From: a virus
Lineage: Duplodnaviria > Heunggongvirae > Uroviricota > Caudoviricetes
Length of the DNA stretch: 64,000 bases
Strand: one strand, 5' to 3'
IMG/VR virus record: IMGVR_UViG_3300010218_000003
Span: 2,124-66,123 of that record
Both the position numbers and the translations under genes were made by a program. This document shows positions 63,701 through 64,000 of this stretch, piece by piece. How positions within the stretch are numbered: the stretch's first letter is position 1; every line of letters begins with the position of its first letter. The notes beneath the pieces are model-generated. The model was not told the DNA's origin. It searched no databases and saw only the letters and a program-made list of their open reading frames with translations.

Positions 63701-64000
63701 GCGCCACGCAATTTCATTAATGGTCTGTAGGGTCTTGAGTCCAGTCTCATTCTGAGAAAGGATGATGAGGTGATTGTAGACGCTGGTACCGTCTGTCCTC
63801 TTGTTCTTGGCAGTCTTATCGAAGCGACCAGTCTCAGAGATATAAGCCTCTACACCAAGAATGGGCACAATGCCTGCATCCTTAGCTGCCCGCTGAAAGT
63901 CTCGATGCCCTGCCAGTGTTCCGTGGTTAGTCTGAGAAAGATGTGTCATTCCCAGCTCCTTGGCCCGAGCCATGTACTCATCGGGGGAATTCAATCCATC
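60725..64000 (-). CDS. dnaE: DNA polymerase III alpha subunit (DnaE-type), N-terminus runs past window end
   Basis: PHP domain LGMTHLSQTNHG...GVEAYI near the window edge; >1089 aa; frame open to window end. Confidence 0.85.
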   Translation of the reverse strand, partial: DGLNSPDEYMARAKELGMTHLSQTNHGTLAGHRDFQRAAKDAGIVPILGVEAYISETGRFDKTAKNKRTDGTSVYNHLIILSQNETGLKTLQTINEIAWREGYYYKPRIDMEVLEEHNDGLIVLSGCLNGLICKALEAGNAEKAIKIAQRFKDIFGERFFIEVQAHNPLEMNQGLLHIADSLSIRPVVTSDCHYARKEDLWIEEAMLILSTNPKSIKDGEFNMAKSQKMEIMERFNYLYPNRTMTFQEIEIYLRSAEEQRNAFLEQGIDRTDIITNTNLVADMIGDYPYHAGLDLLPKPKNEDPQALLEKKARAGLKNLGLDGNAEYVARLEEELSIIKQKDFSVYFIIVGNMIKWAKDQGIRVGPGRGSAAGSLVCYSLGITEVDPIKWGLLFFRFIDIGRDDWPDIDVDFADRDRDKVKQYLRRQYKHVAEIATINKFQGKAAVKAAARVFRVPVGEVNSATKDVDAPADKPDLFFDLFGKSDKGKKFTEKYPEVLELAHHLSGRIQSMGKHPAGIVVAKEEIARYAPIETAKDPNDANAPRLPIVAYDMNEAADIGLIKLDALGLKTLTVIDDALAMIKDRTGKDIDLHQINLEDRSVYQMLADGYTLGVFQAEGNTFTKWILEAGASEFNDLVIGTSIARPGPLNTVGVSYKARKKGKEKVEYDHFIMKRHTEETLGLIIYQEQVMLAMTELAGMSMTEANKVRKIIGKKRDAKEFEQYKDRFIEGASTKVHRAVAEKLWHDFEQHAGYSFNKSHAVVYSMITYWTAWLKKHYPLEFMCALLRNEKDTSKKTSKLTDYLIEAKRLGIKILLPHVNASKEEFSIEENAIRFGITNVKYIRGNTGKRLLEHAPYANYKELYDKVNEKGSGLTVRVLTALNAIGGAAFDDNPRTGHERDNFYEYLMIPAFGTQKVIPRVMNQFRTLDEYSGTGAFAVLAMVKDVRRGEGWARVEMVDETGTAGVFTDKETPIEAGQMYAILVSDNRVHRYATMDELIGKIDTPFVEYLYAKDYSDIPPGMYKVLSFMPYKTKAGKMMAYTILADSDKALLPVMAFPTTFHKAYGKCKPGAVIDPVLKQTQEGSFFYDNIL

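Overview
This window looks like a 64-kb slice of a tailed-phage genome, possibly an actinobacteriophage to judge by a WhiB-like regulator. GC content is about 50% by eye. Nearly all genes lie on the minus strand and are tightly packed, with overlapping ATGA/TGATG start-stop junctions. Only the first ~1.1 kb carries plus-strand genes; they converge on a repeat-rich noncoding region at 1.1-2.4 kb. Four things stand out. (1) Roughly 40 minus-strand tRNA genes sit in clusters, interleaved with small ORFs, with non-canonical tRNA-like elements and a shared GGGTCGAATG...CGGTTATC core in four of them. (2) A T4-like tRNA-repair pair is present: an Rnl1-type RNA ligase and a Pnk-type polynucleotide kinase-phosphatase. 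(3) A 542-aa Ro60/Rsr ortholog (TROVE + vWA) has tRNA-like candidate ncRNAs just upstream. (4) Replication, recombination and packaging genes fill the right end: DnaE-type Pol III alpha (partial), RecA-like ATPase, MazG, RuvC-like resolvase, Cas4-like PD-(D/E)XK nuclease, terminase small and large subunits, and three HNH endonucleases. Other recognisable products are a thioredoxin without a canonical start, a NADAR/YbiA-like protein, a metallophosphoesterase, dCMP deaminase, a SprT-like metalloprotease, a HIT protein, a DEDDh exonuclease, an SPFH/band-7 protein, three vWA proteins, an FkbM methyltransferase and a family of small KOW-like proteins. All coordinates are hand-derived and may be off by 1-3 nt. 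tRNA identities come from manual cloverleaf folding and should be confirmed with tRNAscan-SE or Aragorn.
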